NCBI GenBank assembly: GCA_002811645.1
Contig: PDIP01000036.1
Span: 1 to 64,000 of the forward strand
Length of the DNA: 64,000 nucleotides
Direction: 5' to 3'
Origin: Corallochytrium limacisporum Hawaii
Lineage: Eukaryota; Protista; Pluriformea
The notes beneath the pieces were generated by a model. That model was given only the letters and a program-made list of their open reading frames with translations, did no database searches and had not been told where the DNA came from. Position numbers and translations under genes: made by a program. Positions 1 through 10,574 of the stretch are shown piece by piece. How positions within the stretch are numbered: position 1 is the stretch's first letter; the number at the start of each line of letters is the position of its first letter.

Positions 1-587
1 TTGGCCATCATGTTGGCAACAGTGAATCGTCGATGTTGGCAAAAATGTCCCGCTAATTGTTTGTGTAACGGTCATGAGGTTTCCGGCTTTTCAAAACGCT
101 GTATTAGATCAGCGCATCTGTTTTGTTTGAGGTGATCACCATGGCATAAGAGAGGAATGTGCCAGGGGAAGGGTTTAAATTCCTGCATAATCATAGTCTC
201 AGAAGACTGATAAGAAAAGTGTGCAGTCCTTGTCCAAATAAGATACCATAGTATACCAAAGTCTCACCACGATGGTGTAACAGTTTGTAGGATCGGCTTG
301 AGACAATCCCGGGCGGTGGCTTGATATGCATCGCCAGATACATTTTGAACTATGCATGGTGTGTACCGATGTGATCAAGTACCTTGAGAGATGGGCCGAT
401 ACAGTTGCTGCAGAGTGTGTTCTTGGAAGCATCGACACCCCGTTTGCAGGCCGCACAGATCTCAGGAAAAGTCAAAGTGAGCGACAGCAGAAGCTCTAAC
501 ACACCAGAAGTACGCAGTACCGCATAAAGGACCTTATAGTCACAGGCGCCCAAAGTATATCGATCAGCAAACCTGTCCCTGTTCATC

Positions 588-998
588 ATGAAATCGTTCA
601 TTCTTGTAGGCCTCAGTGCCATTGTCGGTATGGCAGCTGCTTCCCCTGCCAAGTGCCAGCAACCCGAGTCGTGCACAATTGCTACTGAATGCGGTGACAA
701 CGAACAGTTCCTCGTGACCTGCGTCCGGTCCAAAAAAGGTAACTGTGTTGCATACAACCTCAATGGCCATCCCCATAGGATCAACGATCCATGTGATGAC
801 AACAGCGACTGTATGTCACAGTGGTGCCAGAATGGCTTCTGCGCTCCCACCCTCGTCAATATGAATCCACCAGCTCTTGACGACGGCGAAGACTGCTTGT
901 GGGACTTTTCTTGCAAGGGAGGCTGGTGTGCCCCAGCTCCGGGTGACTCTGGCGTGTGCAAAGACCGTGCGCACTCTGACGATCCCCCCAAGTGGTAA
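588..998 (+). CDS. Small secreted cysteine-rich protein (136 aa), unknown family
   Basis: ATG in atcATG context; signal peptide MKSFILVGLSAIVGMAAA; many Cys in repeated modules (DPCDDNSDCMSQWCQNGFCAP, EDCLWDFSCKGGWCAP). Confidence 0.8.
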   Translation: MKSFILVGLSAIVGMAAASPAKCQQPESCTIATECGDNEQFLVTCVRSKKGNCVAYNLNGHPHRINDPCDDNSDCMSQWCQNGFCAPTLVNMNPPALDDGEDCLWDFSCKGGWCAPAPGDSGVCKDRAHSDDPPKW

Positions 999-1331
999 AT
1001 GGATTGAGACAATAGAACACGCCGTTATATTGGTTTAAACCTCTGAGACATCCAATTCTGCCCATCTTCTTGTGAAACGGTGTTCATTATTCACGATATC
1101 TGACACAGCTGGAAGAGCAAGGCTTGCACTCCATAGTTACGCTACTGGTTGATGCTAGACAGAAGGTTATTTCGTCGTGACCATATCACTCGCACCACCC
1201 GAATCACCTCGGCATTGGAAGGTACAAGTCACATCATCGACTGAACCGTCACCTTAACATTAATTCCCACAGATTACTGTAAGTTCTTACATGTGGCTGA
1301 GCACACGAGTGAAAAAGTAAAATGGACTACC

Positions 1332-3449
1332 TCATTCCTCACTACCTAACCTCTTGACTTCTTCATCAATGGCAGAAAATTGCCAACGGAACGACGCGGG
1401 ATAGAGGAAGGGACGCAGGTCGAATCGATTGTCATCAGGGGAGTAGGATTCAGCATGATAGGCTGGGGTCACCGTAGTCATCTTATGGCGATTAATCGCG
1501 TACATTCGGTACCAGAACTTGATCTTATCTGCCACTTCAGCGGCAGAATACATCACTCCATTTATGCCTTCACTAGCGACATGGCGGAACATGCTCAGCG
1601 GCCCGCAAAGAGAAATCTTACGAAGACGTCCAAAGATGCTCAATTCGTCGTAAGTCATACCCATATCAACTTCATCGGTTTGAACGTAGTCCTCAGTGAT
1701 AGGTTCCAACTCCGCAGTAGGAGGCGCATCTAAGAACTCGCTCAGCATGTCACACTTGACGTGATCACGGTAGTGCGCAATGAAAGCCTTCAAATCTGTC
1801 TTGCTTATTCCACCTATTGGATTGACATCAGCGGACGAACAGTCATACTTCGTCATGTATCCCCGTAGACACTCATCAACATTGGCGCTACCCAAAACCA
1901 AGAGACCGCCGCGGCGATCCATGCTCCACGGCAAAAGTTGAGCACAAAGATATGCCATGACCATGCGCAAACGAGCCTGAATGTTTTGCAGCGCCACATT
2001 CTCTACATGGGATCCACCATGTACACGGAACTGTGGAACTTTGCCACTAAGCGCCGTAAAGATAGACGCTACAGCCTGCACCGCAGTGTCTATGTTAAAA
2101 TCGTAGTGATTTGAACCAATGAACTCCGCCAGGCGCTTGCTACGCGAGCGTGTCTCTGGTCCCGAGTTCGAAGTGCCCATGAACGCGGTGTAGAAGATCA
2201 AACGGCAAACATGCTGTGGCGTTTTAATGTCATCTGGATCTGCACCAGTCAAGTACTGAAAATCCTTGCGCACCTGCACATCACCTTTGTTAACAATACT
2301 GTCGTACACAAGTTCCGTCATGGACCCCACAATGCAAGCCGTTGCACAGCTATCAATGCCACCGCTGAGAGGAAGAAAGAACCCTCCCATACCACTGCGA
2401 CGCAGGTAGTCCCAAAGCCAACAGGCCGGACCCAAACGGATCTCATCTTGTGGGGTGTGATAGAAAATATCTCGAGGAGGCGTTGGCTTGGCATAGGTCT
2501 CCTGGCATAGGCGCATTTCGCAGTCGATGCGACAAAAGGCACGTGCCGTGCTTGCCTGAATGTTGCGGCTGGCACTTTTACCTCGGTAGGAGTGTACCTC
2601 ACTGAGATCAACAGTAGCAGTAATGACTTCGATATCCTGTAGACTAAACTGAGATGTTTGCGCCAGATTTCGGCCGTTCATATAAATCATTCCGCAGCCA
2701 TCGTAGTATACGCGTTCACCATCACATCCCTGCTGATTTGCAAACAGATACACACCTCCACTCATGCGTGTAGCTCCCTCAACCAATTCCACTCGCCTAT
2801 GCAGTTTACGCAGCTCGTGATGACTTCCGCTACCATTGACAAAGATGTCGACACCATCGAGTGCCATGGAAATGTGCGGCGCCTCCGGGACAAAGACTTC
2901 TTCGCAGCTCTCAATGCCGATGCAATACCCATCAGCACTACGAATAACACCTTCACCAAAGGGGCAAGTTGTTTGCTTCTTCGCTGTGCGCTCTGACACG
3001 AAATCAGGCAAAATGTAATCTGAGATTTCCATGCGTCTCCGGTACGGAGTAAACCAGCGCATTTCTCGATAGTTTCCATCGTTGGCGAGGAACAATTTCG
3101 GTCGGATCAACAGAATCTCTTTGTTATAGAAGAAGACACGGCAATTGTAGCGGACACCTTTGCGCATTACCGGCATTCCAATGTCAATAATAATGTCTGT
3201 ACAGTCGGGATGCTCCAGGAGCCTAGCAAAAGACTCCCATGCGTGACGGTATGTGTCCTGTTCGTAAAAATGATCATTACAACCATACCCAGTCACTTCC
3301 AGTTCAGGTCCTGTTCGTAGGCGTGCACCTTTGGCCTTTGCTTCCTGAATGCTCTTCAGGATCCGCTCAAAGTTGCCTTCAAAATCCAGGGCCCACTGAT
3401 TCAGAATGCAAGTGGCAACCACTGTGGTGGATGCGTGCCTACTGTACAT
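1332..3449 (-). CDS. NADSYN1: Glutamine-dependent NAD+ synthetase
   Basis: 705 aa; nitrilase domain (LNQWALDFEGN, GPELEVTGYGC, RPKLFLANDGNYRE) and synthetase domain (FFLPLSGGIDS, QNIQARLRM, GYMTKYDCSSADVNPIGG). Confidence 0.98.
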   Translation of the reverse strand: MYSRHASTTVVATCILNQWALDFEGNFERILKSIQEAKAKGARLRTGPELEVTGYGCNDHFYEQDTYRHAWESFARLLEHPDCTDIIIDIGMPVMRKGVRYNCRVFFYNKEILLIRPKLFLANDGNYREMRWFTPYRRRMEISDYILPDFVSERTAKKQTTCPFGEGVIRSADGYCIGIESCEEVFVPEAPHISMALDGVDIFVNGSGSHHELRKLHRRVELVEGATRMSGGVYLFANQQGCDGERVYYDGCGMIYMNGRNLAQTSQFSLQDIEVITATVDLSEVHSYRGKSASRNIQASTARAFCRIDCEMRLCQETYAKPTPPRDIFYHTPQDEIRLGPACWLWDYLRRSGMGGFFLPLSGGIDSCATACIVGSMTELVYDSIVNKGDVQVRKDFQYLTGADPDDIKTPQHVCRLIFYTAFMGTSNSGPETRSRSKRLAEFIGSNHYDFNIDTAVQAVASIFTALSGKVPQFRVHGGSHVENVALQNIQARLRMVMAYLCAQLLPWSMDRRGGLLVLGSANVDECLRGYMTKYDCSSADVNPIGGISKTDLKAFIAHYRDHVKCDMLSEFLDAPPTAELEPITEDYVQTDEVDMGMTYDELSIFGRLRKISLCGPLSMFRHVASEGINGVMYSAAEVADKIKFWYRMYAINRHKMTTVTPAYHAESYSPDDNRFDLRPFLYPASFRWQFSAIDEEVKRLGSEE

Positions 3450-4036
3450 TGTTCACCAAAATCTACCGAACACAATGTCCTTCAAATAACTGTATGTAGA
3501 TGGCTCCACAAGACCGTGGCGCAATATATGGGCCTGTGGTGTGTGTTTTGTACCTCATTTGCCTGGACACAGAAGGCCAGGTGAACCAACACGCACCCCG
3601 TCATTTGTGACGTTTTTGGTGACGGGCCCTGGGAAGCTTGTTCGAGTGTATATGGTTATGAGCACCGGATCCCTAAATCCACTATCGAAATAGCGAGAGC
3701 CTCATTAAGTTGCTCCAACTAAGCTTGGTGGGTAGGTGTTCAGTTATTGGCGGAGTCCCTTTTATCTCCGAATTTCCTTTCTTCGCTTTTTGGCGCGCGC
3801 GGTCGGGTTACAAGGGGCTGGTGCTGCCCGGAAGTTCGCGGTACTCGCACTACCCGTGGCCGTCCAGAAGGGGTTTCCTGAGCGGGTCTCATGCGGCCGG
3901 GGTAGACCACTGGCACCTGCTGTGTGAGCTTGGAAACAGTTATTTCAATGGATTATATCAGTTATTCCGTACGCATTAGGAAATTCAATGCCTACGATAG
4001 TGTGCTAAGGGCAAATTATATCATTTGTACACAGAA

Positions 4037-5107
4037 ATGTACATTGGTAAGAAACAAGACAAAGCACATCTTCAAAGCCTTGTGGATAAATATATCACGG
4101 AACTTGGAATCTTTCGACTGAAGCGTGACCATAGGGTGGCACAAAGGCTTAGGGAGTATAGAAATAAACTACAAAAGCTAAAGAAACAGAAATTGAAGCA
4201 CTATTCATTGGAGGCACCGGTGCAAACTGAGGAGGACATCGACCAGGTCACACCACAAAGTGAGTTTGTCCTTGCCCGCGTATCGGATAAATCGTTTGTA
4301 AGATTGGTTTGCGTCCACTGTGGTAAGGAAACGTTTGCCAACACCCTTGGATTCTTCAATCATTGCCGTTACTCTCATAACGTACACTACGCGACATTGG
4401 GAGAGGCAGCGTGGGTTTGCGGCAAGTCAGTACCCGAAGCATCTATTCCGCAAGAACACCCAGTTCGATCCCACATAGGTATTATACCGCGTTTGGGAGC
4501 TTCTTCTGAACACTATACGGAAACAAGCTTGCAGAAACAATTGGAGTCCTTGGTACCTGCCCATCTATTGAAGCATACCCTCACGGGCTTACCAGAGACA
4601 CACAGCACGGAGAGTCGTGTTCTCGAAGGAGGTGAATTCAAGTCGCGTTTCTACGAAAGGCGTTTAGTGATCGTTGGAAATACCAGTCAGTACATTTCTC
4701 CATCCCTGAGACACGGAGACGCATCATATACGCATCGCTGGCTTCTGTACGTCCGGCAACCAGAGAAAGTTGGAGAGGACAGCAGTGACGTGTCTGCCCT
4801 CAGGTATACAAAGCTCAAGAACGTACCGTCTTTAGACATCAACCGGGTACTCTCACGCGTGGTGTTCCATTTGCACCCGAGTTTTGCCCCCAATCAAGTA
4901 ATTGAGGTCTTGGAGCCTCCGTTTCAGATTGAGCGTAGGGGCTGGGGAGAATTTCCTGTTCGCATTTCTATCCATTTCAAGGAATCACGGTTCCAAAAAC
5001 CGTTGCATATCATTCATCACTTACGTTTGGACAGATCCTTTAGTGGCCTCCAGACCTTAGGTGAAGAAACAGTCGTTGCGGCGGAGATCGATCGCAGAAC
5101 GTTGTAA
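4037..5107 (+). CDS. YEATS2: YEATS2 homologue, N-terminal part (coiled coil, AHC1-like C2H2 finger, YEATS domain)
   Basis: First ATG at 4037 (track starts at TTG 4025); CVHCGKETFANTLGFFNHCRYSH finger; YEATS motifs THRWLLYV, FHLHPSF, PPFQIERRGWGEFPVRI; YEATS2-type end HHLRLDRSFSGLQTLGEETVV. Confidence 0.9.
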   Translation: MYIGKKQDKAHLQSLVDKYITELGIFRLKRDHRVAQRLREYRNKLQKLKKQKLKHYSLEAPVQTEEDIDQVTPQSEFVLARVSDKSFVRLVCVHCGKETFANTLGFFNHCRYSHNVHYATLGEAAWVCGKSVPEASIPQEHPVRSHIGIIPRLGASSEHYTETSLQKQLESLVPAHLLKHTLTGLPETHSTESRVLEGGEFKSRFYERRLVIVGNTSQYISPSLRHGDASYTHRWLLYVRQPEKVGEDSSDVSALRYTKLKNVPSLDINRVLSRVVFHLHPSFAPNQVIEVLEPPFQIERRGWGEFPVRISIHFKESRFQKPLHIIHHLRLDRSFSGLQTLGEETVVAAEIDRRTL

Positions 5108-5120
5108 ACGAATTTGCAAA

Positions 5121-6857
5121 ATGGCTTGCTCAGCCCTCCTGATGCCCGTACCGGTAACCTTGCCTGGCGCAGAACACACTACGGAAGAGACCGTCCCAAT
5201 AACAATTCTTTCTGGTGGTAAGCACGGCAAAACTGGGGATACCCGGTCTTCGGCAGACAAACCAGGAGGCGATGGTAAGGGTAACGAAGGCAACAAGAAG
5301 GACGCATCCAACACCGGCAGCGGCGGAAGAAACCGCAGTGGCAAAGATGGCGGTCAGCAAGGTAGTGCTAGCGGCGGTGGTGGCGGAAAGGGCGACAAGG
5401 ATGGTTCAAAGAAGAAGCGTATTGACACCATGACCACGGAAGAAGATGACGAGGATGACGAGGATGACCTTGATGATGATGATATTGACATCGACTCTGG
5501 GGAAGATGAGGACGATGATGAAGAGGATGATGACATCGACATTGATTCCGTGGACGAGGATATCGACGTTGACATCGAAAGTGAAGACATTGAGGTCGAC
5601 TCTGAAGACATCATGGACGAAAGTGGTGACGAAGTCGAAGCAGAGGAACAGCAAATTGCACAGCAGATGGTTACAGACGCAGCGGAGCGTGCCATTGCCG
5701 AACAGCGCAAGAAAATCGCGAAGATGCTGCCGGAAAAGGACCGCGAGATCCCAAAGGCACCCACGCATAAGGAACCTGGCACCTGGACACCTCTCAGCAC
5801 CTCTACACGCCCGGATGTAGCCAAGGTGACCGCTGCCGATGTTGCGGCAACACGTCTCACCAAGCACAAGAAGCGCAGCACCGCGGGAGGTCTTGAGTTT
5901 GCGCCGACACTAAAGGCCGTCGCTGCCCAGTACCCCTTCGTACGAACCGAGCACGGACCACAGACAGAGAATATGTACCATCCGTACATTCAGGCAGATG
6001 ACATTACGGAGATGTTGCTGTGGCCCATGGACATTCGTGGTGCTGTTGAGTGGCAACGTGCACGTAACATTCAGGCATACCTACAGCAACACCACCCGGA
6101 ACTCAACGACAGTATTCCCACAGTGGAAGAGCTGGTCTTCCAATGTCGTGAACAGGGTCTCACACCTGTGGTAGTCTTCAATGGCGCCCTGGGTCGCAAT
6201 GGTGTCAGGGTTGTGGCGGAGCACCAGATTTGCAAAGTATGTGGTGCTGAAATCCGCCACGATGGCAAGGATATGCCCCAGGATGCTTTTGCGGAGCATG
6301 TTTGCAACAAAAATCGTCGCGCCCAGGGGCCCATGACGCTGAGTTCCAGCACACCAGTCGACCACATTTTGGCAGTCCTTAACATTGACCCGAATGCTCT
6401 GGTCAAAGAGCGCAGCAAGGAGCTCAAAGATATGCAGCAGAAGCAGCACGCGTACCAGCGACTGCTAAAGACGCGGGAGGCTCAGCGCAAGGGAAATGGA
6501 GCGGTGGCAGGTTTACCGCCCCCAAGTCACGACGAAAACATCCGCACATGGCTCACCCGCGCCGCAGACGAGGTGGACGCCAGCTTCGGCCTCAGTGCCC
6601 TCTCCTCACTGCACACTTCGAGCCACGACTTGCATGAGGCGGGAGAGGCCTATGTACTTGAAAGCATGCTTGTGGTGATGTGTCGCCGTTTCATTGAACA
6701 ATTGGCACGCGAATCGTTGGATGTCGCGCGCACAAGTGCAGATCAGTCCGCTGGTGACCACGCCGTCGCCGTTACCCCTTACCACGTGTATCAGGCAGTG
6801 CTAAAGACGCCAGAATTTGACTTTGCAACCGATGCGTACCTTGGCAAGCCGATGTAA
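5121..6857 (+). CDS. YEATS2: YEATS2 homologue, C-terminal part (Gly-rich and acidic linker, EWQRA motif, C-terminal histone-fold-like region); frame is open from 5061
   Basis: +1 frame relative to the upstream ORF; first ATG at 5121 (gcaaaATGG); WPMDIRGAVEWQRA resembles the YEATS2 W..KRRAAEWQRA motif; C-terminal RRFIEQLARES...VTPYHVYQA. True start uncertain. Confidence 0.75.
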   Translation: MACSALLMPVPVTLPGAEHTTEETVPITILSGGKHGKTGDTRSSADKPGGDGKGNEGNKKDASNTGSGGRNRSGKDGGQQGSASGGGGGKGDKDGSKKKRIDTMTTEEDDEDDEDDLDDDDIDIDSGEDEDDDEEDDDIDIDSVDEDIDVDIESEDIEVDSEDIMDESGDEVEAEEQQIAQQMVTDAAERAIAEQRKKIAKMLPEKDREIPKAPTHKEPGTWTPLSTSTRPDVAKVTAADVAATRLTKHKKRSTAGGLEFAPTLKAVAAQYPFVRTEHGPQTENMYHPYIQADDITEMLLWPMDIRGAVEWQRARNIQAYLQQHHPELNDSIPTVEELVFQCREQGLTPVVVFNGALGRNGVRVVAEHQICKVCGAEIRHDGKDMPQDAFAEHVCNKNRRAQGPMTLSSSTPVDHILAVLNIDPNALVKERSKELKDMQQKQHAYQRLLKTREAQRKGNGAVAGLPPPSHDENIRTWLTRAADEVDASFGLSALSSLHTSSHDLHEAGEAYVLESMLVVMCRRFIEQLARESLDVARTSADQSAGDHAVAVTPYHVYQAVLKTPEFDFATDAYLGKPM

Positions 6858-6934
6858 TGGCTCGGGATAATCTGAAAACTATAAGAAAGGCATTCATACA
6901 TGACACCGAAATTTTGTAATATGTTGTGCATCAT

Positions 6935-8446
6935 CTAGCTCAGGGTCTGTGCTCGAAGCATCTCACCCAGAGCCTTCAAATTACCCATGTGCCTCTGATA
7001 TATACGCAGGGCGCTCCTTGACTCTGCCATGGCGAGCACGCGGCGCCGTTTGTTGACATCTTCACTGCAGCGATTCATGACCATGTCGTGTATCTTGGTA
7101 ATCTTGCCCATATTTGTGATCCCGTCCCGGTTTCCTCCATTGCACTTTGCCAGTTTGTCTACAAAATGCATACGCACATGCGGTTCCATTTCTACCCAGA
7201 GTTTCGATTGCATTTGCGCTTTAAGAAGCGTAAGAAGGTCATCCGCGTGTTGTGTGAGCATTTCTGAATCCAGAAACGCATCACCGGTCGGTCCCCGGAA
7301 GAGGGCAATGCGCACGCTGACCACGATCGGCGCTGGCAGCATATTCTGACCTGTGGTTAATGAAATTGCTTCCATGTTACAGGCGCGTTGAGGACAAAGC
7401 TCTGCAGCATATGTTTCATCCAACAGTCTCCGCTTCTGCACGGCCAGGGGATCGTTATCGCTGATCTCTGCGTACAGAGACATTTCCACAATGGATTCAA
7501 GCGGATTTCCCGGGAAAATGAAACCATACATATACAGCAAGGTTGCATTGCTCTTGACGCCGTAGTCCAGGAAGAGCTGCGCTCCTGGCTCAATTTCCGA
7601 TATCGCAACGATAGAAACCATTTCTTCCTCAGGTATATAGCAGTGCGTTACGTTGAAGTGTTGTTCTGGTGGGATATCTCCGACTGCGATGCGCGTGTTA
7701 ATCATGTCCACACCTGGAACAAGGGCTACGGTGGCTAGCTCCTGATTCGCTGTGAAAAACTGCATACCTCTGCTCATGACCATACTCTTACACCACGACC
7801 AATCTTCCCAAAGCAGAAACTCAAGAAGCCCGATGTCAATTTCCAGTGCGATCGTTCTGATGAGTTGTGAATGGAGTTCCTTGTCCTCAAGCACTGCACT
7901 TGTGAGACCCTCCGAGAGGTGCTCTTGCTGGCCTTCAGTCCAAACAATCGGACAGTCAACTTGAGACCGTGTCGGCAGTGCAAAGAGGTAGCCATGGATG
8001 TGCAATGGATCATCCGGCTTGAAATCAACGAGGCGGCCACCTTCCTTGGCCTCCTCCATTTGCCAGCCGTACAAGTGATACAACAGCAGCAGGTTCAGTG
8101 TCAGACAGTGCTGGGCGTGATTGGGATGTTCCTTGAAAATCGATAGTTGATATAATTTTTGCCAGTTTTCAAAATGCTGCCATCTCTTTACTGCCTCAAA
8201 TACCTCTGGTTGACTCAATAGTCCGGCATTGGACGTTCTCGGCACATCGTAGGTTATGCACCATTTCAGAGGGACGTCGATGATCCGTGAGCCGTTGGCA
8301 ATCGTGTCAACAGTACTTAAGATCACGCCACGGTTGCCATGGTCTAGACCCGTTTTCACTTCTACTTTTGGCTTTTGTTCTCCATCTTCGCTGACTAGGC
8401 CAGTGATTCCTTCCTTTCCGAGAAAGGTGCGCAGGCCTTCATCCAT
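6935..8446 (-). CDS. SET-domain methyltransferase, SETD3/SETD4/Rubisco-LSMT type
   Basis: 503 aa; GNRGV, IIDVPLKWCIT, ALVPGVDMIN, IEPGAQLFLDYGVKSNATLLYMYGF, DNDPLAVQKRRLL. Confidence 0.85.
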   Translation of the reverse strand: MDEGLRTFLGKEGITGLVSEDGEQKPKVEVKTGLDHGNRGVILSTVDTIANGSRIIDVPLKWCITYDVPRTSNAGLLSQPEVFEAVKRWQHFENWQKLYQLSIFKEHPNHAQHCLTLNLLLLYHLYGWQMEEAKEGGRLVDFKPDDPLHIHGYLFALPTRSQVDCPIVWTEGQQEHLSEGLTSAVLEDKELHSQLIRTIALEIDIGLLEFLLWEDWSWCKSMVMSRGMQFFTANQELATVALVPGVDMINTRIAVGDIPPEQHFNVTHCYIPEEEMVSIVAISEIEPGAQLFLDYGVKSNATLLYMYGFIFPGNPLESIVEMSLYAEISDNDPLAVQKRRLLDETYAAELCPQRACNMEAISLTTGQNMLPAPIVVSVRIALFRGPTGDAFLDSEMLTQHADDLLTLLKAQMQSKLWVEMEPHVRMHFVDKLAKCNGGNRDGITNMGKITKIHDMVMNRCSEDVNKRRRVLAMAESRSALRIYQRHMGNLKALGEMLRAQTLS

Positions 8447-9038
8447 CTTTGGATCTGCGGTGGTATCTTACCACACTCAGACGTTGTTGGGATCACCTTC
8501 TCTTTCACAAGTCAAATCAACTTAACACGATTCTCTAAGCATATTGTTTCAATCGGTTTCCTCTACTCGAAGTCTCTCACCCGTTTCCGCGCCTTGCGTT
8601 GTTCCAAAAGGACCTTCATTGTCCTGTGGTTGGGACTGTCGCGTGGTTTGGAATTAGGAGGAGGGTGAGGGGATGATCGCAGTATCGACCAAGAACGCGT
8701 CGCTAGGCTGAGCATTCTTCTCCAGCTCGCTCCGCTCCGGGGAGGGTGGCTGGCTGGGGCGGGTGTGGTTTCTGGCGCAGTGGGATGAGGAAAAATAAAG
8801 GAATTGCAAGGGTGGGTTAGGGTGTCAAAGGGTATTGCAGAGGAAGTATCTTTTGTAATTAAAGCACCAATAGAGGTTACTACTTTTCAAAATTCTCAGG
8901 ATCATAATACATATTTTGTAGCAAGGGTACCAGAGGAAATCGTCCTCGAAAAAAAAAGAGGAAACTCCAAGGAAACTAAGGTTTACATTAGTCATACATT
9001 AATGTCGAATTAAAGAAACAACAAGCAACACCGCAATC

Positions 9039-9470
9039 ATGTTTCCACGGATAGTAAAATTCGTGATAGTGCTGACAACTGTGACATTTTTGGGTACATT
9101 CCTAGTTCTTCACTACACGATTGGACAGGGATCGGTGACGGGTGCTGTCAAGAAAAGTCCGGGGCCACTCGACTACGTCTATGCGGGCGTGACTGCCGCC
9201 AAAAACAAACACCGACAGTACTGGGACGAGCTTGAGGACGCTCGTTCAAAGCGATATGTAGTGGTCTCAGATTCCCCAAGGTTTCCTGTCGTTGACAACC
9301 GTTTCTACTTCGACGCGAGAGTCAAGGACGAGGTAGCTCTGGCCGAGAAAAGGAATGACTACCGCGATATTCAGAACTGGCGGTGGGAACGCGAGAAGCT
9401 AGAGGGTCGTTGGCACGTTCCAGACATGTTGCAACGTCTCCTTGATGCACAAGGCAACGAAGAACTATGA
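9039..9470 (+). CDS. Hypothetical small type II membrane or secreted protein (143 aa)
   Basis: ATG in atcATG context; N-terminal hydrophobic helix FVIVLTTVTFLGTFLVLHY followed by a protein-like charged domain; divergent from the SET gene. Confidence 0.7.
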   Translation: MFPRIVKFVIVLTTVTFLGTFLVLHYTIGQGSVTGAVKKSPGPLDYVYAGVTAAKNKHRQYWDELEDARSKRYVVVSDSPRFPVVDNRFYFDARVKDEVALAEKRNDYRDIQNWRWEREKLEGRWHVPDMLQRLLDAQGNEEL

Positions 9471-10484
9471 GGAAGGAACATGAACCAGCCGTAGCCTCAG
9501 CGACGTGGTCGAAGAACCAACGTGACAACATCAGTATCATTAGTAGAAATCATTCATTTACAAGTCTCACAATGATTCGTTTGTGATCATCATTTCCTGT
9601 TCATCAGTATCGCTAGTGTGCACAAGTTGCATGCTTAATGCAGCGTGCCAAGACCTGATGATTGAGTGATATTGACGTTCTTGATGCAACGCCAAGCCCA
9701 GCGACCAGACGAGCCGGCAGGGCCGGCAGTGCCACCCATTCCCCACCCAGGCTGCTTAAAAATTAAGCTGAAACACCTAACTCGTCATTACCGCATTGCC
9801 CAGGCGCCAACCATACAAAATCGTCTTGCTGGGGACGCGACGAAGGGTAAAGAACGGAACAGAAGGACTCGTCCCCCCCCCCCTTTTTTTTTTCTTTTCC
9901 CCATCAACACCATCTGGAAAAGTGGGCGGTCTCCAGGAGGTGAGAAACGAAAACGAATGTCGGAATGGTAGTGGGAGAGGGGGAACAAGGGGGGCGGGTG
10001 TGGAGGTGTGTTGTTGGACAAGCGGTGGTGAATAATTAGCAAAGAGCGACGGGTCTAAAAATAGTCACTGTCGGGGCTACAGTCTCTCTCCAAAAAGATT
10101 CAGTGGCACAGTAAGCACCAAAATTACCGGGGGTATTGGGGACAAGGGAAGACTTTGGTGTTTTGTTGGGGAAGGGTCGATTTTGCGGAGGTTTGCGATG
10201 CATCTTTGGTCGTGTGATTCGTCAGCTCATCACAAAACCCCGGACCGGTCAGTGTGCAATAAGGCCGGGAGAAACAAGAGTGATCAAAACTGGGGAGCAG
10301 ATGGGTTGGGGGCTAGGCGGCTTCGGTACTTGACTTTCTTGGTCCTTTGTGGACTACTCTTCCCATCATTCTTTGCCTGACTGCGCACTCCGGAAAGGGC
10401 CTGGGAGAGGGCAGGGCCACAGATCGCTAAGTGAGGATACAACAACAGCCGGTTGCGAGTGCGAGGGTACAGGAATTCAGTGAG

Positions 10485-10559
10485 GTATGTGAATGCCGTT
10501 GATTCTGTAGCAAACGAAGTTTATATTGAAGTCGCCGATTATTGACCTCCCTTCCACAG
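10485..10559 (+). other. Probable 75-nt spliceosomal intron in the 5' UTR of GST copy A
   Basis: GAG|GTATGT donor; ATTGAC branch-like site at 10541; pyrimidine tract ctcccttcca and CAG acceptor ending 15 nt before ATG 10575. Confidence 0.6.
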
Positions 10560-10574
10560 AGATCAAGCAATAAC

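Noticed and set aside
1-11. Minus-strand caacATGATGGCC, a possible gene start leaving the window
   Set aside because: Only three codons are visible, so it cannot be supported.
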